Below are positions 26,794-43,804 of a DNA stretch of 64,000 nt, one piece after another. This stretch comes from Blastocystis sp. Blastoise (Eukaryota; Protista; Bigyra: Opalinata): contig JBBPEB010000006.1 of the NCBI GenBank assembly GCA_039096225.1, positions 310,001 through 374,000 of the forward strand. Direction: 5' to 3'. The position numbers and the translations under genes are program-made. Each line of letters begins with the position of its first letter. Position 1 is the first letter of the stretch. The notes below the pieces were generated by a model. It worked only from the letters and a program-made list of their open reading frames with translations. It was not told the DNA's origin and did not search any database.

Positions 26794-29700
26794 ATGTCTA
26801 TTTCTATAGATGACCCTATATTAAAGAAATATGGAGTTTCATCGATAATGCTTCGAGATCCTAATTCCGATGAACCTGATATTCCTTATAGCAAGCATGT
26901 ATGACCATCATATTTAATAGAAATAGTATATAATAATATGTAAATAGATAGATATTGTGAAAGACCTTGTACGTGAGACAGATTTGTTAAAGAATCAATT
27001 ACGTTTCGAACTAGATTCTAAAAAGAAAATACAATCGGGTCAGTATGAATTTTATTTATTTGTCATTAATTTTCAAATTAAAAATTTAAACAAATATAGG
27101 TCAGCTGAGTCCATTGCTGAACAAGAAATTGAAAGATTAAGAAATGAGAATTCAGATCTTCAGATTTCAATAAAGAAGAATGAAGAGACTTTTAAATCAT
27201 TTAAGAAGACAACGGAAGATATAGAAGTATTTAATTGTTTTGATTTTTATAAATATTTATTATTATTTGATATTTTAATTGATTATTTGCATATGCTGAT
27301 TACATATATATATATATATTTAATAAATAGAGTAAATTAGTATTCCTTCGACAAGAGAAAGAACAAATAAAACGAGATTACGAAAATAAAGAGAAAACAA
27401 TTATAGAACAATCTACAAATTATGTTGAACATATTATTCATCAATATAAACAAGAAACAAATATTCTTTTTGAAGAAAACCAGGTATACTTTATTTTTAT
27501 TTTTATTTTTATTTTATTTTTATATTTATCATATTTATTATATTTATTATATTTATTATATTTATTATATTTATTATATTTATTATATTTATTATATTTA
27601 TTATATTTATTATATTTATTATATTTATTATATTTATTATATTTATTATATTTATTATATTTATTATATTTATTATATTTATTATATTTATTATATTTAT
27701 TATATTTATTATATTTATTATATTTATTATATTTATTATTATATAATTTAAATGCTACTTTTATAGGACATCTCGCGTAAGTCTTTTGACTCTTCAAATT
27801 TCATTTAGTTATTTATCATATAAATATAATGATAATAATAAATATAAATATTATATTATATAATATTTATATAGGACAACAGATAGAAGATCGTATAAAA
27901 CGTATTTTTATGAATTCATCAAATAATCAACAGCAACAATCAGATAATGCTTCTAATGAAAGGTAAATATATATATATATAAAGAATTAAACTATATATC
28001 TATTGAGTATACATTATCACATATATGTTATTATACATGTGCATATATTCCTTCTATTAAAATCAGTCTATATTATATTTCTATATCTTGTTATATAATA
28101 TTTTTATTACACATTTTAATTCTTTTCATCTCATCTATCATTCTATAAAATACTAATATATATGATAATATATATAATAATATTATTTATAGTATATTTT
28201 CAGTGAATCGAATAATTACTCAGAAGAATCAGTTGGAAAAAGAGATTGAAGAATTGAAGAAGGAGAATAATACTTATAAAACAATTAATAATACTCTTAC
28301 TGAAACAATGGATTCTATGAAAAGAGAATTAAATGAAAAAAAAACTTTAATTTCTTCTTTACAGTTAAAATATAATGAAATATATAATAATCAATATGAA
28401 TGCAATTCCTTTGTGAAATCAAAAGCTATTGAATTTAATGACACTCATATAATAAATAAACAAAAAACAAATAATATGATAGAGTCTTTATCTTCAAATA
28501 TACAAGTAAAAACAGATAAAATGAAAAGTCTTAGTAATGAATTGAAGTACCAACGTGATGCTTATAATAAGATACAAGAAACAATAGATGAATTAAGGCT
28601 TTCTTTAGTTTCTGTGAAGCAATCTTTAGAAGATGAAAAACAGTCTTTTCAACAAGGTTCTAATTATTTTAATTCTATTTGTAATGAATATATTATGATG
28701 AAATATGAAGATCAAGACCGTAATAATCAATCTCAAAATAATTATAATGATATTATAGAAGCTAATAATACATTAGTGATAAAGAATAATAATATTTCTA
28801 ATGAAATAAAAAATGTAAAACAAAAATATATGGAAATTAATAATCAATATATGGCATTAAAAGAAGAATATATACATATAGTCAACTTAAATCAAGAAAT
28901 AGAAGCAAATATAGATATATTGAAAGAATCTAAGAAAGAAGTGGAAGAGAAATATATTCAATTATTATCAAGTTTTAATGAACTTCAAGAGAAATATGAA
29001 GGCTTATTATATATGCAGAAAGACTCAAATAGTATTAATAATGTTTCTGTGAACACTGAAAATGTAGAAGAAGAAGATATAGAGAAGAAAGTAATTGATA
29101 ATAATATATTAATAGAAGATACTTCATCAAATAATCTATTGACAACAAATCAATCTACTGTTATTAATGATACTAATGATAATAATAATAATGATAATGA
29201 TATAAATGATGATAATAATATTCATAATAATAATAGAAATATTAGTGATAATAATAATAATAATAGAAATATTAGTGATAATAATAATAATAGAAATATT
29301 AGTGATAATAATATTAGTGATAATAATAATGCTTCTAGTGGTCACAATGATGCTACTTCTGTTTCTACTGTTACTCCTATTCTAAATGATCAATCGAATG
29401 AGGAATATATGATGTCTAACCAATCAGATTCGACGAAATATGATTCAGCCAATCAAAGTATAGAAATACAGAGTCAATATGATATATTAAAAAATGAATA
29501 TAAATTATTAGAAATAGAATGTGAACAATATAAAAATACTATAGATACATTACAACAAGAAAAAGAAGAATCAAATAATAAATATGCATCGCTATATGAA
29601 GATTATCACTGTTTACAAGAGTTATACTATGAAAGTGAAGAAAAAAATATACAATTACAAAAAATATCTACTAAGAATGAAGATTCCCATAATTATACTG

Positions 29701-30707
29701 CATTAGATTCTCTTATATCAACTTTAAAAGAAGAAAATAATAATTTAAAAGAAGAAAATAATAATTTAAAAGAAGAAAATAATATTTTAAAAGAAGAAAA
29801 TAATATTTTAAAAGAAGAAAATAATACTTTGAAAGAAGAAAACAATAGTATTAAAGAAGAAAATGATAGTATAAAAGAAGAGAATACTAAATTGAGTAGT
29901 ATAAATGTTAATATAAAAAAGGAACAAACCTCCTTCTCCTCCGATGTTTCTGATATGAATATAGATCAATCGACATCTATAAATGTAGATAATATCCTAT
30001 ATAATGAATCTATTAAACAAACTGAAGAAAAGCATGAAGTGAATAATAATAATAACAATAATAATAATAATAAAGAAAGTATTAATAATGATAATAATAA
30101 TAATAAAGAAATTATTAATAATGATAATAATAATGAAAGTATTAATAATGATGATAATAATAAAAATGAAAGTATTAATAATGATAATAATGCTACTGCT
30201 ACAACAACAACTACTACTAATAATGATCTTAATAGTGCTGAATATTTAGAGGTTGTGAATTCATCTGTATTATGTGATAATATAAAAGTATCACAATATA
30301 ATGTTCAATTAGAATATCGAAATGCGAAATTACAATTGGAATTAAAGAATATTCGAAAAACAAATAGTCTTAATCAAGATTCATTGTTATTTATAAATAA
30401 TATATATAAAGAGTTAGTACATTTACGTTGTTCTATGGAACATTCGAATATACCTGATTCTAATGAATATATAGTTTATAATAATTTTGAGAAACTAGCT
30501 GGTTTGATCACCAAGGAGATTTCAAGTATTTGTAACATATGGGAGAATTATAATCAGACTAAAGGCTCTATGTCACAAGAAATTAATAATAAAAAGCATA
30601 ATAATCTAATGAATACGCTATATGAAGAGAATCATATTTCTAATTCGAATGAAACTCAAAAATCATATAAATCAACATTATATACATTAGGTTCTACGTT
30701 GAAATAA
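26794..30707 (+). CDS. Long coiled-coil, Asn-rich protein of unknown function; 6 GT-AG introns including a 10-nt micro-exon
   Basis: Starts MSISIDDPILKKYG; exons join in frame to the 834-aa ORF; heptad and KEENNxL repeats. Confidence 0.75.
27530..27741 (+). repeat. Intronic minisatellite (TATTTATTA)n
   Basis: More than 20 near-perfect 9-bp units; source of the spurious YIY/NKY ORFs. Confidence 0.95.
29725..29885 (+). repeat. Coding 21-bp tandem repeat (KEENNxL heptads)
   Basis: About 7-8 units of AAAGAAGAAAATAATnnnTTA. Confidence 0.9.
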
Positions 30708-31325
30708 AGTATAAGTTATAAATATAGTTTTTATGAATCATTTTTCAATTTTCTCTTGTTTATTCTTTTTCATTCGTTTTTATCCTATATGTATATTGTT
30801 TTTGTTTTTTTTGTAAACTTTTTATTTTTTTTTATGATTTTAATGATCAAAAGTGGTAATTAAGTTATATTCATTGTTTTTGCTGTGCTTCCATTCTGTC
30901 CGCTAAATATATTACTTTGTTTTGTTTTTGTTATTTTTTATGTAACTGATATGCTAATTTGTTTGGTATTCCAATTATAAAGAGATTATACTATTGTATT
31001 AACAATCCGATATATCAATTTGTTTATATGTAGTCAAAAGTATTTATCATATTATTGAGAAATCTAATATTTAAATAAATAAAACAAAAACTAATACGTA
31101 AAAAACTAATTGAAAAGATAAGAAAAAATAAATACTAATATATATATATATATATATATAGAAAACTAAAAAAGAAGATTAATAATATATAAAATTAAAA
31201 TGCTCACGAAAGATTTGTATAAGTATATATTATATATGTAATAAAATAAATTAGAACTTATATAAATAAATACTCATATAAGTATATATACAAATATATA
31301 AATATATAAATATATATATAATGAT

Positions 31326-31828
31326 TTAGTTAGTTGTTTTATTAAGCCCTTCAATATGAATAGATGCATAAGGATATAGAGTGACATCCGTAGATCCAAG
31401 AGAAGCAGCAGTAACAGCATCGGAATCCGTTAAATCACCATAAGCACCGCTATGACCGCCAAGGTAAGAATATTTACTATATATATAAATAATATTATAT
31501 ATACAAATATAGAAAAAAAAGTATTATATATATATATATACGTATAAAGACAATCATAGATTTTCTTAGTATTTTTAGTCAAAGGGAATATAGAAAAAGT
31601 AATAAAATAATAGAGAATAAACATGGGAATATAGAAATAGCCGTTACATTCACGTGAATACTGTAACGTAAGGCACATTCAACAAATAAACGAATACATT
31701 ATATATATGTTAATATATGAAGAAGAGTAATAGGAATATATATATATATATATATATATATACTTTAAGATGAACCCACGATGAGTAACAATCACTGAAA
31801 TTAGGTCGGCACCAACGAACAATATATA

Positions 31829-31882
<54 letters not shown>

Positions 31883-33326
31883 TATATAAACAAATATATA
31901 TACACGTTTGCTTTTTTCTTCTTCAGATAGTTTTTGAAGTTTGTCCTGTTCACTTTCACTATCATTAGTATTTGTTATACTGTTCAAATCATAATAACGG
32001 ACAGTAAATCTTTTTTCTTTGCAAGCGGTTTCGAAGTCATTGAGGAACTTCTTAAGAATAACGACACTGTATAATAAATAACCCTCATCATCCTTAACTA
32101 AGAATTTAGCAGAGTTTGGGAGAACTGGAGAAATGGCAGTAGATCGTCCTTCATCCCCGCGAATAACTACTTTATCTTGACATATATCCTGATAGGTATC
32201 TAAGAACTCTCTTTCTTGTGGACTATATTATATATATATATATAAATACAATAACAATAATGAAGAAATATTTAATATATATATAAATGAATCATAATAA
32301 TAATTAAATAAATATAATAATATACGTTGTTATAACAACACAAACAGTTTGTAGAAATGGAGTATTTATAAATACATCCCTCTCTTTCATCCCTCCAGTT
32401 GCCCGCTCAACTTGTTCGTGGGATAAAACAGTTTCAAGAGGAGTTGTTAATAGATTTGTACTATATATATATATATTGAATATTCTTAGAAGAAACAAAA
32501 TAATGTATATATATATTGAATACAATAATAATAATAATAAAATAACATAATATAAAGAATAACCATGTAAATAATTCTAGATATAAATCACAACTATATA
32601 TATATATACCCTCTTTTTCGTTGTAGATTTCCTAGTGAGTTTTTCGTATCTTGATATTGAGATAGCATCTTCTTTAAGTCTTCATCTACCTTCTTAAACT
32701 CCTATAAGGAATAATAGTATCATTGTTATTATTAATATTATTATAATCAAGTTTTTATATAGAATTATATTTATTATTATATTAAGAAATCATATAAACA
32801 AAAAGAATAAGAAAGAATAAACTATATATAAATCTTATAATCATATACTCCAACGATTCTATATGTAATATCTACAAGAGAACGGTTATGAGGATGACGA
32901 GCATCATTCCATGAAAATGTTTGAATATATTGCTCAATAGTCATTCCATTAACATCTAATTTCTCAGCATTATCATTACTAACAAAATCAGTATAGGTTC
33001 TACTAATCTTTTCTATTATATTCTTACAATTCTGATCCATCTTTTGCATCTGATCCGATAAATTCTAAAAATAAAAACATAATTAACGCATATTTTTATG
33101 ATTCAGGATTAGTTATGAATTGCTGAAAAATCATAAACATATATATAACAAAACATACGATTAATTGTTCAAGCGAACCGGTAATTAAATGAGGTATTTT
33201 AAATTCATAAGTTCCACAATAGTTTTCTTTAGCAGGAAAAGTATTCTTTAATTCTTGTAAAGTTGTTGCTTCACCATCATCATTAGGTACAGCAACAATA
33301 AATGGATCGTTAGATATATCACTCAT
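31326..33326 (-). CDS. ATP6V1C: V-type H+-ATPase V1 subunit C; 7 introns (one GT-AA)
   Basis: FKIPHLITGSLEQLINLSD, FSWNDARHP, GTNLLT, VLPNSAKFLVKDDEGYYLYSVVILKK, FTVRYY, SWVHLK|CIRLFVECALRY, YPY near the C-terminus. Confidence 0.93.
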
Positions 33327-33715
33327 TGTTTTGATAAAGTGTTTAATTAATAAAGAAACCAATAAAAGTGATAAAGGTTTGGCTATTCTTGTTTATTAAC
33401 TGAAATTTTTATTCAGAAAAGTTATAACAAAATGAAAAAATAGAAAGTTGTCTGACTTTTATGAGAAAATCACGGGAAATCCAAAGATTCTTTTGCTGAA
33501 AATATATTTAGACAATTTTAGGAAAAAGAATCTGTTTTGTTTCATAATCGGATATTTTTTAATATTCGTGGTGAGTCTATATATTCAATAATTAAATAAA
33601 CAACGAGTAAATATATTAGAATGTATATCACTATATGCAATTGAAATATTAAAGAAATAAAAAAAAATATTTGCAATAGAAGGAAAAAAAAACAAATTGA
33701 AAACAAAAGCAATAT

Positions 33716-34843
33716 TTATTCTTTTTTATGTTTGAAGAGATTATCATAGAAAGAAGGATCTCTAATCTTGTTGTAGAAGAATTCGAAAGGATTAGGGAAT
33801 CTAGGGATTTTCGGAAGTTTTCTGGTGAACATGATTCTTTCAGGTTTTTCAAGCCAATCGAAGAATTCAAGAAGATAGAATTCACCCCAGATCCATTCTT
33901 CTTTAATACGTATGCCATGTGAAGCATTATAAGCTAAACTGTGAATGAGATTCCAAGTACCAAGTGTTAAGAAGATAGCTACAATTACATCTAATGAATA
34001 ATGGAAACGACTCTTAATAATACCAAAGAGACACATGATGACCAAGAAATATACAAGAGAATTAACATAATTTAATATACGGTTATTACGAGGTTTAAAA
34101 TAAGTTAACCAAATCTTTATATATAGAGTGATTATTTAAAATGAATATTGATTATATTATAGTTAAAAAAAATTAATATAAATAGAATCAATAATAAAAG
34201 AGATGTTCGATGTAAATAAAACAATATATATAGGAATGAAGATATATAATATATAATATAATATGATATATATACAAGACAAACAGAGACAAGAAGTGTT
34301 GTATGTCCACTAAACATAACATCTCCACAAGTAACGAAATGATAAGGGTGAAGAAGTGTATTCCAAGTATTACGTACTACTGTTATGTAATCAATATCTT
34401 TATATAAGGTCGTACCAGGAGTATTATTATTAAGAATACTGTTTATATAATATTATAATAATAATATGAATAATAGAATCATTCAATAATAAATAAATAA
34501 ATAATAAATATTCACGACGATATAAATAATAAAACTATTCAATAAAAAAGAGTGTTCATAAATATACTATTATAACTATAGTTTATATATATATATAATA
34601 AGATGAAGAGGATATACAATAGCTCTACAAAGATCTGAGCAATCAGGAAGATTTGTGACAAGAAGACAAATGGTTCTACATACTTGCATAACAGTATAAT
34701 GTAAACAGAAACGCTTAATAATAGTAAGACGATCACTTTGAGATAACACTAATATTACTGTTATACCACTTACTATATATAAAGTAGTATCGACCATCCA
34801 TACTATAGTCGTATCCCCTAGAAGAGGAATGTGAATCTCATTT

Positions 34844-34891
<48 letters not shown>

Positions 34892-35537
34892 AAATATTTA
34901 TAGTATTTATCATATGTATACTATTAAATATTATTTGTTATATATATATATATGTTGTATATAGTATTTATCATGTATGATATAATATTATTTGTTATAT
35001 ATATATATATGTTGTATATAATATTTATCATATGTATACTATTGAGTATAATATATATATATATACCTTAGGAATGATTTCATATAATAAATCAGGTAAG
35101 ATTTGCATACGTGGAGTTCTATAAACAATCATATATAATTATTATTATCATGATTATTATGAATTAAAAAAATAAACATATGAGTTTCATACCTAACCCA
35201 TGTAATAAATGTACTAGCTAACATGTAGAGAGCAGTGACGACAAAAATTTGGAAGCATAACTATTCAAAAAAAATATATATATATTGATTACAATCATAA
35301 CAAAGCTATGATATATATATATATATATACGATAGCACGTAATAGAACTGGATAATAAAGACCAGGAATGATCAATGAATAAATAATGAGGCCAGTTCCT
35401 GTGACGAGAAGTATTAATTCAAGCTCACCACTATAAAGAGCAACACATTCAAATGGTAACCATAATAATACATTCACAATAAAGAAGATAATCGATATCT
35501 TATCAAGCTTCTTTATGTTCTCTACGAAAGTTGCCAT
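33716..35537 (-). CDS. Sphingomyelin/IPC synthase-like PAP2-superfamily enzyme; 5 introns (one non-canonical)
   Basis: LPD, RTICLLVTNLP, TCGDVMFSGHT and SRFHYSLDVIVA motifs. Confidence 0.88.
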
Positions 35538-36371
35538 AGTACCTTTCTTTTAAAATATATATGTTTGATTTAAAAAGAAACAGCAAAGCAAAAGGTATAA
35601 ACACTTTCAGAATTCTATCGAATAGAAAACAGAGATAATCAAAACCACGGTTATTCATTTTTTTCTCTCCTTTTTATTTTTCTCCCCAGAAAAGAAATCT
35701 ATAAAGTTAACAGTACAAACCAAGAACACTCTTTTTTATACCTAGAAGTTTACTTGAATTCCAAGAGTTCTATATGGTATTAGAGGCTATATTTTATAGT
35801 CAGATTAGTTGCTTAATTCAGTTACAAGCAGCATCTATTAAATAATCACAACCTTATGATGTTTCTCTATAATACTTTTTTGTCATTATGTTATAGAAAA
35901 CAATTTAAATGATCACCTTTCATTCTTGATGCTTCATAAACACACTTTGGAATGCATACATAATAGTATAGAGAGTTATGAGTCAAAGCAGGTTGAGATA
36001 AAAAGATACGAAGTAAATAATGAAATTTGTATTTACCACGGATATCTACTTTATTCCATTATATTTTTTGAGTTTCCCATATAAAACGAGAAAGGCGGTA
36101 GTTCTTTTTTAAAGTTATAGAGTTGTATTATTTGAAGACTCCTCCATATATTTATATAAAAAAGGTATACATAACTATTCTATTCTTTCTAAAAGATTAA
36201 TTCAATGGATTATAATAAAGTTTAAAGATGTTAGTTGTTGTAATTCTTCTCTTTTTAAATAGATTCACTTTCTTGGAAATAAGAATATAAAAGAAAGATC
36301 CTTTGAAGCAAGAATCAAATAGCTAATCTTTGAAACATTATACATCTCAAACAAAATTTGTTTTCTTCATA

Positions 36372-40475
<4,104 letters not shown>

Positions 40476-40974
40476 TTTTTCTGTTATTATTAATAGCTAT
40501 GTATTAAGTATTATTAGTATATATATATAAAAGTAGCTTTTTCTAAAATTTGTTTCCTTTTTTTCTCATTTTTTCAATTGTGTTCTATATGATTTACATA
40601 TTATTAAGAGTCTATATATTTGTTTTCTTCACCTGTTTTACTCCTTTTAATATAATAACATAACATAACAAATATAACTATTGCAGCTATATGTATTCTT
40701 TTATAATACTGTATTCATAGAATGATAGTAATAGTTTTTTTATACTATTTAAATAATATAAAAATATATATATATATTTAAAACAAAATATAAAGTAGTC
40801 AGGAATTATATATTTCATGATAACAAAAACAGGAAAACTTAAAAATAAAGAAAAGAAAAAAAATTAATGAACTTATAAAATAACGAAAAAATAAAAATAA
40901 ATAAAAACAATATTCTAAATAGTACAACAATGTTTATAATCATATATAAAGCAATTATATATAAATGTAAAGAA

Positions 40975-42811
40975 TTATTTTTTTTCTGTTGTATAATAAT
41001 CGCCCGTATAAACATTCGTCATTTTAATGATTTTGTTCCCTGTTGGGTTTATAAGCGTAGCTAATTCACCATAAGAAGTGATTGACGATACAATACGTTC
41101 TTGACAAGTAGATAAAAGATAGAGTTCTAGAATAGCATCGAATGTTCCTTGAGAAGGTATTTGGTACTTATTAATCCCCGTATGAACTATAGTAGAATTA
41201 TAATAAAATGCGTATTGAGGATAATTCTGTTGAATAGAAACTTTTAATGGAGAATAATCTGTTGCTATAAACCTATATATATATAGAATAGCATATGAAA
41301 TAATGTGTGAATATATAATATAATTAGAAATAGTATATAGAATGTATATTAATAAAAACACTAAAAAAATATATAACAATATTGAATATAATAATAAAAA
41401 AAATAAATATATAACATTAAACGTATAATAAAAAGCAATATAATATGATTATATAGATTAAAAAGGATACCATTTAATATTTGTTTTATTTAATGCCCTT
41501 GTTCGTTCGAGTGTTGCATTGACGAGTTGTTGACGTCTATATTCATAAGGAATAGGAGAATACTGTTTAAATTGAAAGCTGATTCGATCTCCAGCCCTAA
41601 TGTGCACACCTAATATATAATAAGATGCCCATTCTTCAGTAAACGAATCAATTGTTTCTTTTATGGGAAGAGAGGGGAAAAACAATCGTTTCATAAATAA
41701 TGAAATAATTCTTGATTCTGTTATATAAGCGTTACGAGACGTTGAGCGAACGCCCATTTCATATAACCGATGTTTAAATTTAGAATTACGTATATAATAA
41801 TGTATTAATTTACACTGACAATTCATGATTTCTTGACGATTATAAGTAAATGGATATATTTCAGTGGTTAATAACCATGGGAATCCAGGGTAACATGGTT
41901 TATAAGTTAAAGTCGATATTGTATGTGTTTCTAAATGTATACATAGATATATATATATATAATATATGATGAATAACATGAATAAAAAGGATATATTGTT
42001 TATGTTATATATATATACCTGTTAAATTGTATAATGGTATATTCATCGCAGTTCTGAAATAAAGAGGAAAAGTTGGAAAATTACAGACTATATATATATA
42101 GGATGTATTATTATATATAAAATAAAATTAATGTAGTATATTATTCACGTAAATATAGAATATAATTAATAGAATATATAAATATAAAGCATAATTAGTA
42201 TATAATACAATTAATAGAATATATAAATATAAAATATAATTATTATATATAGAATATATAATAAATATATAATATATTAGTATAAAATAAAAATAATAGA
42301 GAATATAATAAATATAAAATATAATTAGTATAAAATAAAAATAATAGAGAATATAATATATATAAATAATACTCATGATGGGTCTCTTTGTAATCATAGC
42401 ATAAAACATAGTACTAATTAATCCATATATAGTTGTAGCTATACCTACATTTGTAGGTTCAAAACAAACAAATTTGTCTGGAATTCCATGTGATACCATT
42501 TCATTCTGCCAGGAAATATAATAATCCAAGAATTCATCGAAATTCATGAAGATTTCAGAAGAAAAAAGGGGTTCCTGAACGAATTGACGCGTTGAATTTG
42601 CCAATATCGTGACATTTATCTAAGAATATATTGATATAGAAGATATGGGATAAAGGTCAAGCGGAAATACAAGTGGATTATAGACATCTGAAGAGTGATG
42701 ATAGAAAGGATAAGACTGATACTCAGAAAATCTTTTAAATGCCATCATCATCAATACGATGAAGCTAAGAAGCGACAGAAGAACAGATGCGACAGTTTTG
42801 CCAATAATCAT
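40975..42811 (-). CDS. Type II membrane GT-B fucosyltransferase-like protein (GT23/NodZ/FUT-type); 4 introns
   Basis: N-terminal TM; GIATTIYGL (G-x-G/N-like motif), ILGVHIRAGD, WFIATD, ELYLLSTC...SSITSYG. Confidence 0.75.
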
Positions 42812-43804
42812 TGCTGCTTTTATCTTAATGAATACAGTCTACTCTGAAACTGCTAAAGTATAGTATAATGAGATTATAAACTCTTAGTTAAACCAATTAT
42901 TTATCAATATATACTAGGGCAACAATTACTTATTCAGACATATTCATTATTGACTGAATATCAATTCAGTTTTTATTTTATATTTATTTTTCGTTGTGTA
43001 ATTTCAGAATTCGCCTATGATCTGATCGATTCCCAGTAGAATATTATTGAACAAATATGACATCAGAATTCTCTTCTTGTACCAATAACAATAATCCGGA
43101 TATGTTTTCATTATGCTTCATATATAATTTTTAAAGATAGTGAAGATACACTCATATAATCAGGAACATTTATAATTATCGCAACTCTTATCACAATCAG
43201 GAAAGTGAAAATTAGAATAATTTAACTCTCTTTTCTATTGATTATTACTGTCATCATAATTTCTTATGATGATTGTCTTCTTATAAAAGTGTATCGTTCA
43301 TGATACAACACAATTTATAATTGTGACGTGTTTATTTGAGCGTTAATGTGTTGTTCCACGTTTATTATGTATTGCAGAGTGGTACAGGTATGTATAATCA
43401 ATTCAAAAACTTATTTGGATAGCAAAAAAAGTATTCTATGTTTAACCTACATGTTTTTTTATTAATGTTTAAAGGTGACCGTAAATGTTGGTGATTTTCA
43501 AAAGAATACATCATAAATATCCTAAAACTCATTTATATATGTCTTGAATATCTCATATATTAAAAAATTATTGGTGTCCACACACTTCAATATTTAGTTT
43601 AAACTGACGTAAGTAAATTCGCGAAGTTTTTTTAAAATACGGAAAGAACCCATCATCTTGTCGTTAGTTTCTGCAATCCTCACAATCAATGATGACAGTA
43701 AAATACAAAAAATCACGACAAGTTCATTTCTCGCTCATTATTTTTTATTTATAGACATTATAAATATTAAATATTTATTTTGATATCTACTTGAAGTATA
43801 ACCT

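Noticed and set aside
27422-27797. ORFs of YIY/NKY repeats, and similar poly-I, poly-N, poly-Y and YI ORFs elsewhere (e.g. 36847-37161, 38813-39349)
   Set aside because: They are translations of intronic microsatellites.
35120-35192. Possible extra non-canonical acceptor in the SMS-like gene (WVR-IVYR-TP)
   Set aside because: A canonical GT-AG junction gives an in-frame WVRTP, so no exception is needed.
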